From a virus, in IMG/VR virus record IMGVR_UViG_3300045988_100686, positions 64,001 to 128,000 of that record: DNA of 64,000 nucleotides, one strand, 5' to 3'. Made by a program: the position numbers and the translations under genes. Each line of letters opens with the position of its first letter. The first letter of the stretch is position 1. Shown here in pieces: positions 44,879-53,336 of the stretch. The notes under the pieces are model-generated. The model did not search any database. It was given only the letters and a program-made list of their open reading frames with translations, and was not told the DNA's origin.

Positions 44879-45946
44879 TTAACGGTCTAATTTCACTTCA
44901 TCAAACTTCAGTTTTACAGTGTCAACATTGAGTCCCTCAGGAATCTCAATATTAACGGTAGGATAAGCGGATAAATCTATGTGAACAGTGCTAATATCAA
45001 CGCTCTCTGCCTCCTGTAGAGCGCTTCCAGAAACACTGTCATTTGCTATGATGCAATCTGCATATTTTTTAACTACTGAGCTGTAGTCTAAATCGTCTAC
45101 AACATCAGAATATGGGAATTTAAAGGACAACGTATACCCGGACTCAGGGTCTAGCCCTTCGATTTCCATGATAACCTCTGCCCCTACCACGTTTAACTCA
45201 GTTACACTGAATTTCCATGGTATTTCAAGGTCAGGTATGTCTTCATTCTTAGTATTATCGTGTATTTTTACCGGGATTTCAGTAGCATATACTGTAGGAG
45301 TACTCTTGGATAACTCGTCAAAATCAGCTTGAAGGTTTTTAACCATTGTCTGATAAAGGAAATACACATCATATGACTTGAGTTTGGGCCAGTCAATAGG
45401 CCTAATCCCTGTGTCATACACGCGTAAATCGAGAGCTTCCGTTGTAATTACTGAGTAGTCACCTGTTCTTGCTACTGCAATAGCGGAGCACTTAACTAAT
45501 CCAGGTAGTAAGATGTCTGCAGGTATTGGCACTGGTTTACCAAGTTTGATAACTGGGACCATAGCTTGTCGTCCACTTGCTGCATGTTGGAAAATAATAG
45601 AAACATCTCTGTTTCTCCATGCTTCATCAAGTGAATCTAGTTGTACGTAAAACGAGTTAATCTGATGTGCAAGAAGCTTGACATACTCTTGGTTAGTCAA
45701 GATAGTTCGTTGTACAACAAGTTTTAAGATGCGCTCGGGGGATATTTCTGCGGTTGTCTGTGCAGACTGTGCAGATATCTCTTCTTGACGTTTTTTCTCA
45801 GCTGCCTGACGATTTTGTTCCCACACGGGGAGTTCAATCTCATTAGAATCAGGACTTTCATATTGAGGTAAATATGGGCGGGGATCAATAAATTTCTCAA
45901 TGCCAGTCACACACTGACAGTCAGAACTGCTATACGGCCATGTCAC
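44879..45946 (-). CDS. hypothetical protein (355 aa)
   Basis: ORF, co-oriented. Confidence 0.5.
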   Translation of the reverse strand: MTWPYSSSDCQCVTGIEKFIDPRPYLPQYESPDSNEIELPVWEQNRQAAEKKRQEEISAQSAQTTAEISPERILKLVVQRTILTNQEYVKLLAHQINSFYVQLDSLDEAWRNRDVSIIFQHAASGRQAMVPVIKLGKPVPIPADILLPGLVKCSAIAVARTGDYSVITTEALDLRVYDTGIRPIDWPKLKSYDVYFLYQTMVKNLQADFDELSKSTPTVYATEIPVKIHDNTKNEDIPDLEIPWKFSVTELNVVGAEVIMEIEGLDPESGYTLSFKFPYSDVVDDLDYSSVVKKYADCIIANDSVSGSALQEAESVDISTVHIDLSAYPTVNIEIPEGLNVDTVKLKFDEVKLDR

Positions 45947-46359
45947 CTATCATTCCCTCCCATGTTATTTGTTTTCTTTACTACAGTGTTAAGTACTGCA
46001 ACTACCTTTTCATTGGGCTCTGCTGGTCCAAGAGGTTTACCAGGAGCACCAGGGTCTGTGTTATACTTAGAATTAGTTATCTTATTACCTGTAAGCCATG
46101 TAGCACATATACCAACCGCAGTCATATATGCAGTACATAGCTCCCCATATCCAGACCACGCACTAGGTGTAATCTTAGATGAAACAAGGTACAGGGTAAC
46201 TCCAATAAATAACACTGTTAAAATGATGATTAATCCGCCAGGTAATACACGATTAATACTATATACCCCGGCTTCTTTAAACATCTCCAATAACTTATTG
46301 AAACTTTTATTTAAGCTTTTCCACATCTTTTCTATAGTCTTCACAAATTGTAACTCCAT
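45943..46359 (-). CDS. small membrane protein with one TM helix
   Basis: 138 aa; LPGGLIIILTVLFIGVTLYLV. Confidence 0.45.
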   Translation of the reverse strand: MELQFVKTIEKMWKSLNKSFNKLLEMFKEAGVYSINRVLPGGLIIILTVLFIGVTLYLVSSKITPSAWSGYGELCTAYMTAVGICATWLTGNKITNSKYNTDPGAPGKPLGPAEPNEKVVAVLNTVVKKTNNMGGNDR

Positions 46360-46681
46360 AATCTACAGCAGCTTGATGCTCTAGTCTACATCCACGAGCA
46401 TTTTCCCAGCCATCTGCAAAGTAAGCAAAGTCACACCCTGAAAGTACTTGAAGTGAGTAGCCTAAGCAGTAGAGCCCTGATGACTTAATAAACGTAGGTA
46501 CATCATCGTGCATAACAGAATCTGCAACATGAAACTCTGGCAGCACAGTATGACCTGTGTCTACCAAGAACTGCTTAGCAGACTCAATAGCTTGTTCTTT
46601 TAGCCCTTCAAACTTAGTCTCTATTTCCTCACTCGTCATACCATTCATGGGCATGGAAATGAAAATAAAGTAATGGTTCAA
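46307..46681 (-). CDS. nucleoside 2-deoxyribosyltransferase-like / DUF4406-like small Rossmann protein (tentative)
   Basis: 124 aa; FIFISMPMNGMT...GYSLQVLSGCDFAYFADGWENARGCRLEHQAAVDYG pattern resembles that family; low certainty. Confidence 0.3.
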   Translation of the reverse strand: MNHYFIFISMPMNGMTSEEIETKFEGLKEQAIESAKQFLVDTGHTVLPEFHVADSVMHDDVPTFIKSSGLYCLGYSLQVLSGCDFAYFADGWENARGCRLEHQAAVDYGVTICEDYRKDVEKLK

Positions 46682-46703
46682 ATTATTTCCTTCTTTCTAT
46701 ATA

Positions 46704-47018
46704 CTACTTTGCGAATCCAAATACAGTCCAGAACCCAGTAGCACTACCCTTATAGCTGCTTCCGCCTTGTCCCCATGCACATATGTCAAACGACGTATTC
46801 TTTTTGTTATATGTATTTATCGAGACTGAGCTACTATCATAGCTATCAGTATTTTTACTGGTTAATATCGTGTAATTAGTATCCTTCATTGGAACTAAAA
46901 GCTCAACTGTAGCGTCTCGTGCACCAGATACATAACCACCTTGTTCTACCCAGCCATTGGAATACTTTCTATACCATTTTCTGTTTTCAGAATAAGTATC
47001 GGTTATATAAATATTCAT
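46704..47018 (-). CDS. stand-alone WxxW-DGWxEQGG module protein
   Basis: 104 aa; NRKWYRKYSNGWVEQGGY...; paralog of 47029..47556 and of C-terminal or internal modules in 55399..56694 and 57223..58614. Confidence 0.55.
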   Translation of the reverse strand: MNIYITDTYSENRKWYRKYSNGWVEQGGYVSGARDATVELLVPMKDTNYTILTSKNTDSYDSSSVSINTYNKKNTSFDICAWGQGGSSYKGSATGFWTVFGFAK

Positions 47019-47028
47019 AGATTAATAA

Positions 47029-47556
47029 TCACTCCACCGTCATAGTAATAGAACGTAGTTTTTCAACTCCAGGCTTAGGTACTGCTTCTACTTTCAGCTT
47101 TGTATTAACAAGTTTTACGTACTCACCAGCAGGTACAGCAACATCATTTACTTGCCATACATAATCTGCAGAATCCTTGAGGGTTAATGTATACTGTGCC
47201 ATCCAACCACATACATACCAGTGTCCAGTTGCATTAGAACCATAACCCTTGCCACCTTGACCCCGACCATTTACAACAAAGTTCCTAGAAGTTTTTGTAT
47301 ATGTATTGATAACATAGGAGCTACTATCATAGCTACTAGTATACTTAGATGTAAACAATGCATACTTCTCATCTCTCATAGGTATAGGTAACGTTACAGT
47401 TCCATCATATAGTCCTTTAAAGTAGCCGCCTTGCTCAACCCAGCCATCTGACCATATTTTCCACCATTCAGTGCCATTCTGGGTAATCTCAATGATATAC
47501 GGTGATAATACTGGAGTTATGGTTATATCTTGTTTAGGAATTAGTACTGTACTCAT
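47029..47556 (-). CDS. WxxW-DGWxEQGG module protein with extra C-terminal domain
   Basis: 175 aa; TEWWKIWSDGWVEQGGYFKGLYDGTVTLPIPM. Confidence 0.55.
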   Translation of the reverse strand: MSTVLIPKQDITITPVLSPYIIEITQNGTEWWKIWSDGWVEQGGYFKGLYDGTVTLPIPMRDEKYALFTSKYTSSYDSSSYVINTYTKTSRNFVVNGRGQGGKGYGSNATGHWYVCGWMAQYTLTLKDSADYVWQVNDVAVPAGEYVKLVNTKLKVEAVPKPGVEKLRSITMTVE

Positions 47557-47566
47557 CTAGCACTTA

Positions 47567-47749
47567 TCATGCCTCTGTTTTTACCTTTGGCTTACGCTGA
47601 TGTTTCTTTTTAAGCTCAAGGATCTGAGCCTTGAGTTCTTTGTTTTCTTTAATTAAACGTTTAACCTGGTCTTGCATAGAAAGAAACTTTTTAGTAACTT
47701 CTGAACCAAGGTTAAACATCTGTTTTCTTTTATCTGCCCAGTTGTTCAT
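47567..47749 (-). CDS. small basic coiled-coil protein (60 aa)
   Basis: ORF; leucine-zipper-like KELKAQILELKKK. Confidence 0.4.
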   Translation of the reverse strand: MNNWADKRKQMFNLGSEVTKKFLSMQDQVKRLIKENKELKAQILELKKKHQRKPKVKTEA

Positions 47750-47787
47750 TTCATATCACCATCTTTATCAACTGACTATATAAACAT

Positions 47788-48162
47788 TTATTGTTCCTGT
47801 TTTCTATTAAGATTCCAGGGATATACAAGCAAACTGTTAGAGTTGCGTTGATTAATCCCAGTTATCTCAGTTTGTCGCTGTTGTACTCCGTTATCTGTAG
47901 CTCCACTTCCTACACCGTGCTCATTATTTTCCTCAACCACATCTTGCAGTATAGCCTTGATATAGCTAAGTTTTCTTGTTAACTCACGGATAGTATCATC
48001 ATAACGCAGCTCATTCATTTGGAGCTCAAAGTTTTCATTTTCTAACTTTGCAGCTTTTACTTTCCAGTCATTCAGATCTCTTTCTAGTTGATCCTGTTTA
48101 ACTATGTGTGACCCAAATGCCTTGTCTATCCACTTCCCAATCATTGCCCTCATAACAGACAC
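47788..48162 (-). CDS. coiled-coil hypothetical protein (124 aa)
   Basis: ORF. Confidence 0.45.
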   Translation of the reverse strand: MSVMRAMIGKWIDKAFGSHIVKQDQLERDLNDWKVKAAKLENENFELQMNELRYDDTIRELTRKLSYIKAILQDVVEENNEHGVGSGATDNGVQQRQTEITGINQRNSNSLLVYPWNLNRKQEQ

Positions 48163-48297
48163 ACCTTTCCATTTTTATTTCTACTATCATTATACCTCAT
48201 TGTAGACATGGTCGTCAAGAGAAAATTAAATTTATTTCTTAGTAATCTTCTACATCTACAGCGTGAGCATTAATTTCATTAGAATATGTACTAGAGG

Positions 48298-48519
48298 TTA
48301 TACCGGGATCTGATTCAATAATTTCAGCAAATAATATACTTTTACTACATTGACTCCCCTTGGTATTGTGAGATTTATGAACTTTATGTTAAGCCACTCA
48401 TCAGCCTCATAGAGTATAGTTTCTTTATCTGGAAAAACAGTGTTTATCGTTGTACTGAACGAAACATTGTTATCAATATTAAAGGTATAGGGGTTAGATA
48501 CTATTGTTTTATTAGCCAT
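48298..48519 (-). CDS. small hypothetical protein (73 aa)
   Basis: ORF. Confidence 0.4.
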   Translation of the reverse strand: MANKTIVSNPYTFNIDNNVSFSTTINTVFPDKETILYEADEWLNIKFINLTIPRGVNVVKVYYLLKLLNQIPV

Positions 48520-48576
48520 AGTTAGTCATTAGCTATGACCTAAGTTTATTCTAAGTTAATCCATATAAATATACAT

Positions 48577-49128
48577 TTAGATGCCTTCACCATAAGCTAT
48601 CAAGACAAACCCGCTGGTTCCTTTATAACCTGTAAGATTTCTGCTCCTTCCAGGAACGCCTCCACTTCCAACTACTACTTTATAAGATTTTCCAGCAGTT
48701 ACGTTAACATATGTACTATTATATCCTCCCGAATCTCCAACTGTATTAAGACTGCCGCCATAACCGCCTTTCCCATAATTTCCATTAGAAGCGGTAAAAG
48801 AAAGGGCAAAACCAGTATTATTGTTTTTGCCATTTGGCGTACCTCCCTTTCCTCGTTCATACCAACAATACGGAGTTTCAGTTTCGCCTTCTATAGTTTT
48901 TCCACTCGAGTAGTCTCCCGCCGTTCCACCAGTTGCAGAAACTCCATTAAAAGATGATGGGTCACCATCATCCTCAATATAATATCTACTATTGCCACCC
49001 CAATCTTCTCCTGGGAAATTACAGCCTGTGCCACCGCCACCACAAACTGCCACACGAACTCTAGTAATTCCTACAGGGGCAGTCCATGTATAAGTTCCGG
49101 GGGTAGTATAAGAATTCTCTGTATACAT
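48577..49128 (-). CDS. glycine-rich fibre-domain protein; likely 3' part of a longer gene frameshifted at a homopolymer
   Basis: 183 aa; VAVCGGGGTG...GG...G motif family shared with 53337..55418; the track's ATG 49128 has no RBS; the same frame stays open upstream to the C9 tract (see 49354..49362). Confidence 0.5.
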   Translation of the reverse strand: MYTENSYTTPGTYTWTAPVGITRVRVAVCGGGGTGCNFPGEDWGGNSRYYIEDDGDPSSFNGVSATGGTAGDYSSGKTIEGETETPYCWYERGKGGTPNGKNNNTGFALSFTASNGNYGKGGYGGSLNTVGDSGGYNSTYVNVTAGKSYKVVVGSGGVPGRSRNLTGYKGTSGFVLIAYGEGI

Positions 49129-49353
49129 TAGTGTAGGATCAGCACTAAAAGATGTATTTCCTTGAATACTGAAAGTATAAGGATTAGTTACGTTAGTGCT
49201 CGCATGGAGCTGTAGATTTAAATCCTTGAATTGACTTGATAGAAGAGGAAAGTCTATGTCTGAGTTGTTGAAACAGTTGTCTAAACCAGTTAACCCAGAT
49301 GTCTTTCCTCCTCTTTGTAATTTTGTGGAATTCTCCGAGTACCCACCCTGTAT

Positions 49354-49362
49354 GGGGGGGGG
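49354..49362. repeat. G9 (C9 on coding strand) homopolymer separating an RBS-equipped 5' ORF from the glycine-rich domain frame
   Basis: ATG 49387..49385 (GGAGGA upstream, overlaps the TAA of 49380..49871) opens MNKKLLAAAPP..., reads through C9 and is out of frame by one nucleotide with the 48577..49128 frame. Confidence 0.8.
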
Positions 49363-49379
49363 CAGCGGCTAGTAATTTT

Positions 49380-49871
49380 TTATTCATGACTTTCAGGTTC
49401 CTCCGTGTCTGACATTGTAAGACTAGGATATAACTTGTCATTCTTATCATAAACAGCGACAGTTACAGGAGTTCCTTTTAATAGCTGAATACAGTCATCT
49501 TCAATGACCTGGCCATTAATAACGACCTTATCACCGGTTTCCCTACGAACAAACAGGTCAACAATGTGTTTATCCTGTTTCATATCGTTCAACTCAGCTT
49601 GCAGCTTTTCGATAACCTCTCGTGCTGCAACTAAGTCTTTCTTATACTCCTCAACCTGTTTACGTGCATAATCACGTTCAGCTTCCAGAAACATAATTTT
49701 AGATTTAGGCACACCGCCTAACCATGAAAGTATAGTATGTTTGAGAGACATTACATCATCGTTCCTTTCCAAAAAAAACATATCACAAGCAAATTTAATG
49801 AGTAACATGGAAGATACTAAGTATGCAATCCCTGCCAATAATTCCGTTCCAAATCTTATATCAGTAAACAT
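49380..49871 (-). CDS. hypothetical coiled-coil protein (163 aa)
   Basis: ORF; stop overlaps ATG 49387 of the frameshifted fibre gene (ATGAATAA). Confidence 0.5.
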   Translation of the reverse strand: MFTDIRFGTELLAGIAYLVSSMLLIKFACDMFFLERNDDVMSLKHTILSWLGGVPKSKIMFLEAERDYARKQVEEYKKDLVAAREVIEKLQAELNDMKQDKHIVDLFVRRETGDKVVINGQVIEDDCIQLLKGTPVTVAVYDKNDKLYPSLTMSDTEEPESHE

Positions 49872-50044
49872 TATTTTTACCTATACTGAATTTAATATAA
49901 TTTTTGCTAAACTTTTGCTTGGTATCAAAATGTTTTTACCGCATATTTCACGCTATATCTATATTTTCGTTACCACTATCATGTTGTTCTGAGAATAGAT
50001 GCTAGGTAAGTAGTAAAAACACGAAGAATCATGGCCTTAACTAT

Positions 50045-50380
50045 TTATACACTTAAGGTAATAGCTTCAACTTCAGCAGTAGTTGTTGTAGCCTCAACCT
50101 TATTCTTAGCTACTCTATAAGCAACATGAAGAGCATTAGATCTTTGAGCTACAGAAGCAATAACCATACAAAGATCATCTGCAGTAACTTTTACGTCCTT
50201 GTTATCTGCAGTAGTCCAATCTATAGAAGCTATTGATTTAGCTAAATTAGATTGAACGTCTAAAGCAATAATGGCCGCATTAATGCGGTCACGTGCTTTT
50301 TCATCGTAGTCAAAGCTATTATGTGGGGATAAAATGTCCCCACCAACTATTTGCCCTTGCAGCCGCCTTTTTCTTTTCAA
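50045..50380 (-). CDS. small protein, paralog of C-terminal domain of 52770..53318
   Basis: 111 aa; DYDEKARDRINAAIIALDVQ...VASVAQRSNALHVAYRVAKNKV vs DYDERARDRINAAIIALELQ...VGCVAQRSNLLHVKYRQLRDNV. Confidence 0.55.
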   Translation of the reverse strand: MKRKRRLQGQIVGGDILSPHNSFDYDEKARDRINAAIIALDVQSNLAKSIASIDWTTADNKDVKVTADDLCMVIASVAQRSNALHVAYRVAKNKVEATTTTAEVEAITLSV

Positions 50381-50508
50381 AAGTCATCATCTACACCCTC
50401 TTCTAATAAACAGCATCAGCAGGAAAAGCACCTAATTCTTTCATGGCATGAACAGGAGTACCAGAAGTATCAGCTAATAAATTGGGTATTACCACTCCAA
50501 TTTAAACA

Positions 50509-51687
50509 CTATTTTCTCCCGTCATAACCCAAAGCCGGGATTAACAACGCAAGCACAGTAAATATCCAATTACCGCCGCTTACAATGAATCCCAATGGCG
50601 CAACAGTAACTGATAATATGGTTGAATACAGTAATCGTTGCGGATTATATCTGTTTAAAATGATTAGTATTGTCGGTAGTGCCACACAAGTACGTATAGT
50701 GCCATAAATCAAGAACATATCTGTAATGCCTAAGTTTGTCATAACCATTACGGCAGATGCTACAACAAGCAATGCTATCATAGATAATCTGCCAATGCTG
50801 ATTGACTGTTTCATATCAGCACAAACAATAGATGACAAGGCGCATAGATTACTGTCAAGTGTCGAAACCAAGGCACATAATACACATATAGCAAGAATGA
50901 CTTTCAACGGAAATGACTGAAAAGCCGTCGCAATCGACCATTCTGTACCACCAACACTACAAAAACCAATTAAACCAAAAATGGCAGGGATGATGCCGAA
51001 CATCAACGCACTACTGATAAAAGTAGATTTTATTTTTTCGTTGTCTATACTGAAAACTCTCTGCCAGAAAGTCTGGTCAACATACGGTGCTGACAACAAA
51101 CCGATAATAGTAGGTATACCGAATGCCCCTAACAGCTCCATGAAAGGTATGGGTTTTCTGCCCATAATATTCAAAGAACCGCCGTCTGCCAGCACTGCCG
51201 CAAGCAATATCAGCCCACCAAAAAGCATTAGGAAATACTTGTTGTAATCAGCAAGAATACTGCCCTTGATGCCATCACGCCAAACCATAGCCAACGCCAT
51301 AATTGACACAGTGAGTGCTGACAGCCATTTCGGTATATCACCCCACGCCACAAACAGCGTATGCAGTCCCATAAGTTGGACGCACGTCGAGCAAATCAGT
51401 ATAGTACATGATACTGCAAGGTGTAACCTCTGTTGCCCTTTTCCAGCACCTTTGATAGCATCTGTAAGAGTAAATCCATCAGTCTTTTGTCTTACCACCG
51501 ATGCAAAATATGCAAATAGCATAAGCGCAAGGATGTTAGGGATAAGGAACAGCAGGAATCCACCTAAGCCACTGTAATATGCTTTCTCACTGCTGACGAA
51601 TATAGCGGGAGTCCATATCCACGTAGCAGCTATGGATGATGCGTAAAATAATGTTTTAGCGTTTTTCCATAGTAAAAAATCTTTCAC
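50509..51687 (-). CDS. polytopic membrane protein (~10-12 TM; sodium:solute-symporter-like transporter candidate)
   Basis: 392 aa, hydrophobic throughout; N-terminal YASSIAATWIWTPAIFVSS..YYSGLGGFLLF resembles the SSS-family signature region; assignment tentative. Confidence 0.4.
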   Translation of the reverse strand: MKDFLLWKNAKTLFYASSIAATWIWTPAIFVSSEKAYYSGLGGFLLFLIPNILALMLFAYFASVVRQKTDGFTLTDAIKGAGKGQQRLHLAVSCTILICSTCVQLMGLHTLFVAWGDIPKWLSALTVSIMALAMVWRDGIKGSILADYNKYFLMLFGGLILLAAVLADGGSLNIMGRKPIPFMELLGAFGIPTIIGLLSAPYVDQTFWQRVFSIDNEKIKSTFISSALMFGIIPAIFGLIGFCSVGGTEWSIATAFQSFPLKVILAICVLCALVSTLDSNLCALSSIVCADMKQSISIGRLSMIALLVVASAVMVMTNLGITDMFLIYGTIRTCVALPTILIILNRYNPQRLLYSTILSVTVAPLGFIVSGGNWIFTVLALLIPALGYDGRK

Positions 51688-51738
51688 GATATTTTCTACT
51701 TCCTAACTAAAGTTTAAAGAAATTTTTCTTAAATAGAT

Positions 51739-52779
51739 TTACAATATTTTTGCTTTAGTTGGAACTTTTTTTACTCCGTCATGATAGAAGCTTATAGACA
51801 GGCTAGGCTCTTTTAGTTTACTGTTCATATAATGATCGTCACCTAAGAACTTGTAAATGTATTCCTTAAAAGGCATTTTATAATCTGTCTCTTTAATATA
51901 AGCACAGTTTTCTTTATAGTGGCTCATAGACCATTGCTGGAATTTGACTGTATTATAAAAATGATATGTATTTTGTCTATCGCCTGTGAAATAGAGACCT
52001 ACTTGGTGTAATCTCAACAAAACTAACATATACTTAAATATAAAATTTAATGCCCACAAAAATTCTGATAGAGTAGTATTCTTCCTATTAGTGCCTAAAA
52101 ATTCGTAGATAGATTTTTCGCAAAATTTTATAGCAGATTCGGTACCGTTCATTTTGCCTGTAAGGATAGGCTTATATTTATTTTCATATTCTGGCTTCTC
52201 ATAAGGCTTCATGAACAAATCTTTTTCTATGACTTCCTGCATCATAATATTTCTTTGCTCATAGGTAAACCTCATTGTAACCATACTACCAGTAAGTTGG
52301 TCACCTATTTCTCCTGTGACAAACAGAATATCTTTATCATCTTTTAATGACAATAAGTCAACTAGCCCACGCTCATTAAATAGTCTATAATCACAGTTGA
52401 ACTCCTTGTTTACTATTTTGTCATATAGCATGGGATATTCATTACGAGAATTATTATCCATGAAGACGTAGAAGAAGATACCGGATTTTACTAAAGCACA
52501 GAATACTAGAGTAGAGTCAATGCCTCCACTCCATAGCAGACATACTTTTTTGCCTTTGCTTTGTTCAAGCAATTGTTTAAGTGAATCATTAAATGCATCT
52601 TCTAGCGTTACGTCAGCTTTTTCTGGAATAGGTATAATATATGGCGATTTATGGGATTCCTTAAAACGGTCTATTGTTCTACGTTGTACTCCTGTAAATC
52701 TTTCTAAGTTTTCTTCATCTACAGATATACTCTTCATTCTAAATATATGAAGAATAAGATTATCTAAACTTACTCCCAT
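51739..52779 (-). CDS. PP-loop ATP pyrophosphatase (asparagine-synthetase-like amidotransferase domain)
   Basis: 346 aa; KKVCLLWSGGIDSTLVFCAL contains the SGGxDS PP-loop. Confidence 0.55.
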   Translation of the reverse strand: MGVSLDNLILHIFRMKSISVDEENLERFTGVQRRTIDRFKESHKSPYIIPIPEKADVTLEDAFNDSLKQLLEQSKGKKVCLLWSGGIDSTLVFCALVKSGIFFYVFMDNNSRNEYPMLYDKIVNKEFNCDYRLFNERGLVDLLSLKDDKDILFVTGEIGDQLTGSMVTMRFTYEQRNIMMQEVIEKDLFMKPYEKPEYENKYKPILTGKMNGTESAIKFCEKSIYEFLGTNRKNTTLSEFLWALNFIFKYMLVLLRLHQVGLYFTGDRQNTYHFYNTVKFQQWSMSHYKENCAYIKETDYKMPFKEYIYKFLGDDHYMNSKLKEPSLSISFYHDGVKKVPTKAKIL

Positions 52780-53318
52780 GATACACTCTCCACCTCTTCC
52801 TTACTTGTAGCAGACAAAACATTATCTCTAAGCTGTCTATACTTTACATGAAGAAGATTAGAACGCTGTGCTACGCACCCTACTATATTCTTTAAGTCTT
52901 GGGCGGAAAGTTCTACATTACAATCATCAGCAGTTGTCCAAGGGATTGTAGCATCTGCCCCCTGTAGTTCAAGTGCGATAATTGCCGCATTTATTCTATC
53001 TCTTGCTCGCTCGTCATAATCATAGATGTTAAAATCGTATTCAATAGGTTTTGTTTCTTCTGTATTTCTGTCGTTTTTAAGAAGAGTGATTTTATGCTCC
53101 TTAAATTTTTCGAGCGTCATTTCTCCTGTGTCAGCCGCAATGATAGTTAAGCCGACACCTTCTTGAAATTTAATAACGTCTCCTACTTTACACTCAATAT
53201 TAGTAACGTCTATCCAATAGATTTCTGGTGAGTGGATATTTTTCCAATTGGAAAAAGACATTGTCTCTTCATAAATTGCTTTTATCTGACCGTATAATAC
53301 TTCTGCATATCTGTTCAT
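52770..53318 (-). CDS. hypothetical protein, C-terminal domain paralogous to 50045..50380
   Basis: 182 aa; see alignment above. Confidence 0.55.
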   Translation of the reverse strand: MNRYAEVLYGQIKAIYEETMSFSNWKNIHSPEIYWIDVTNIECKVGDVIKFQEGVGLTIIAADTGEMTLEKFKEHKITLLKNDRNTEETKPIEYDFNIYDYDERARDRINAAIIALELQGADATIPWTTADDCNVELSAQDLKNIVGCVAQRSNLLHVKYRQLRDNVLSATSKEEVESVSWE

Positions 53319-53336
53319 TCTTTTATCTTCCTTTTG

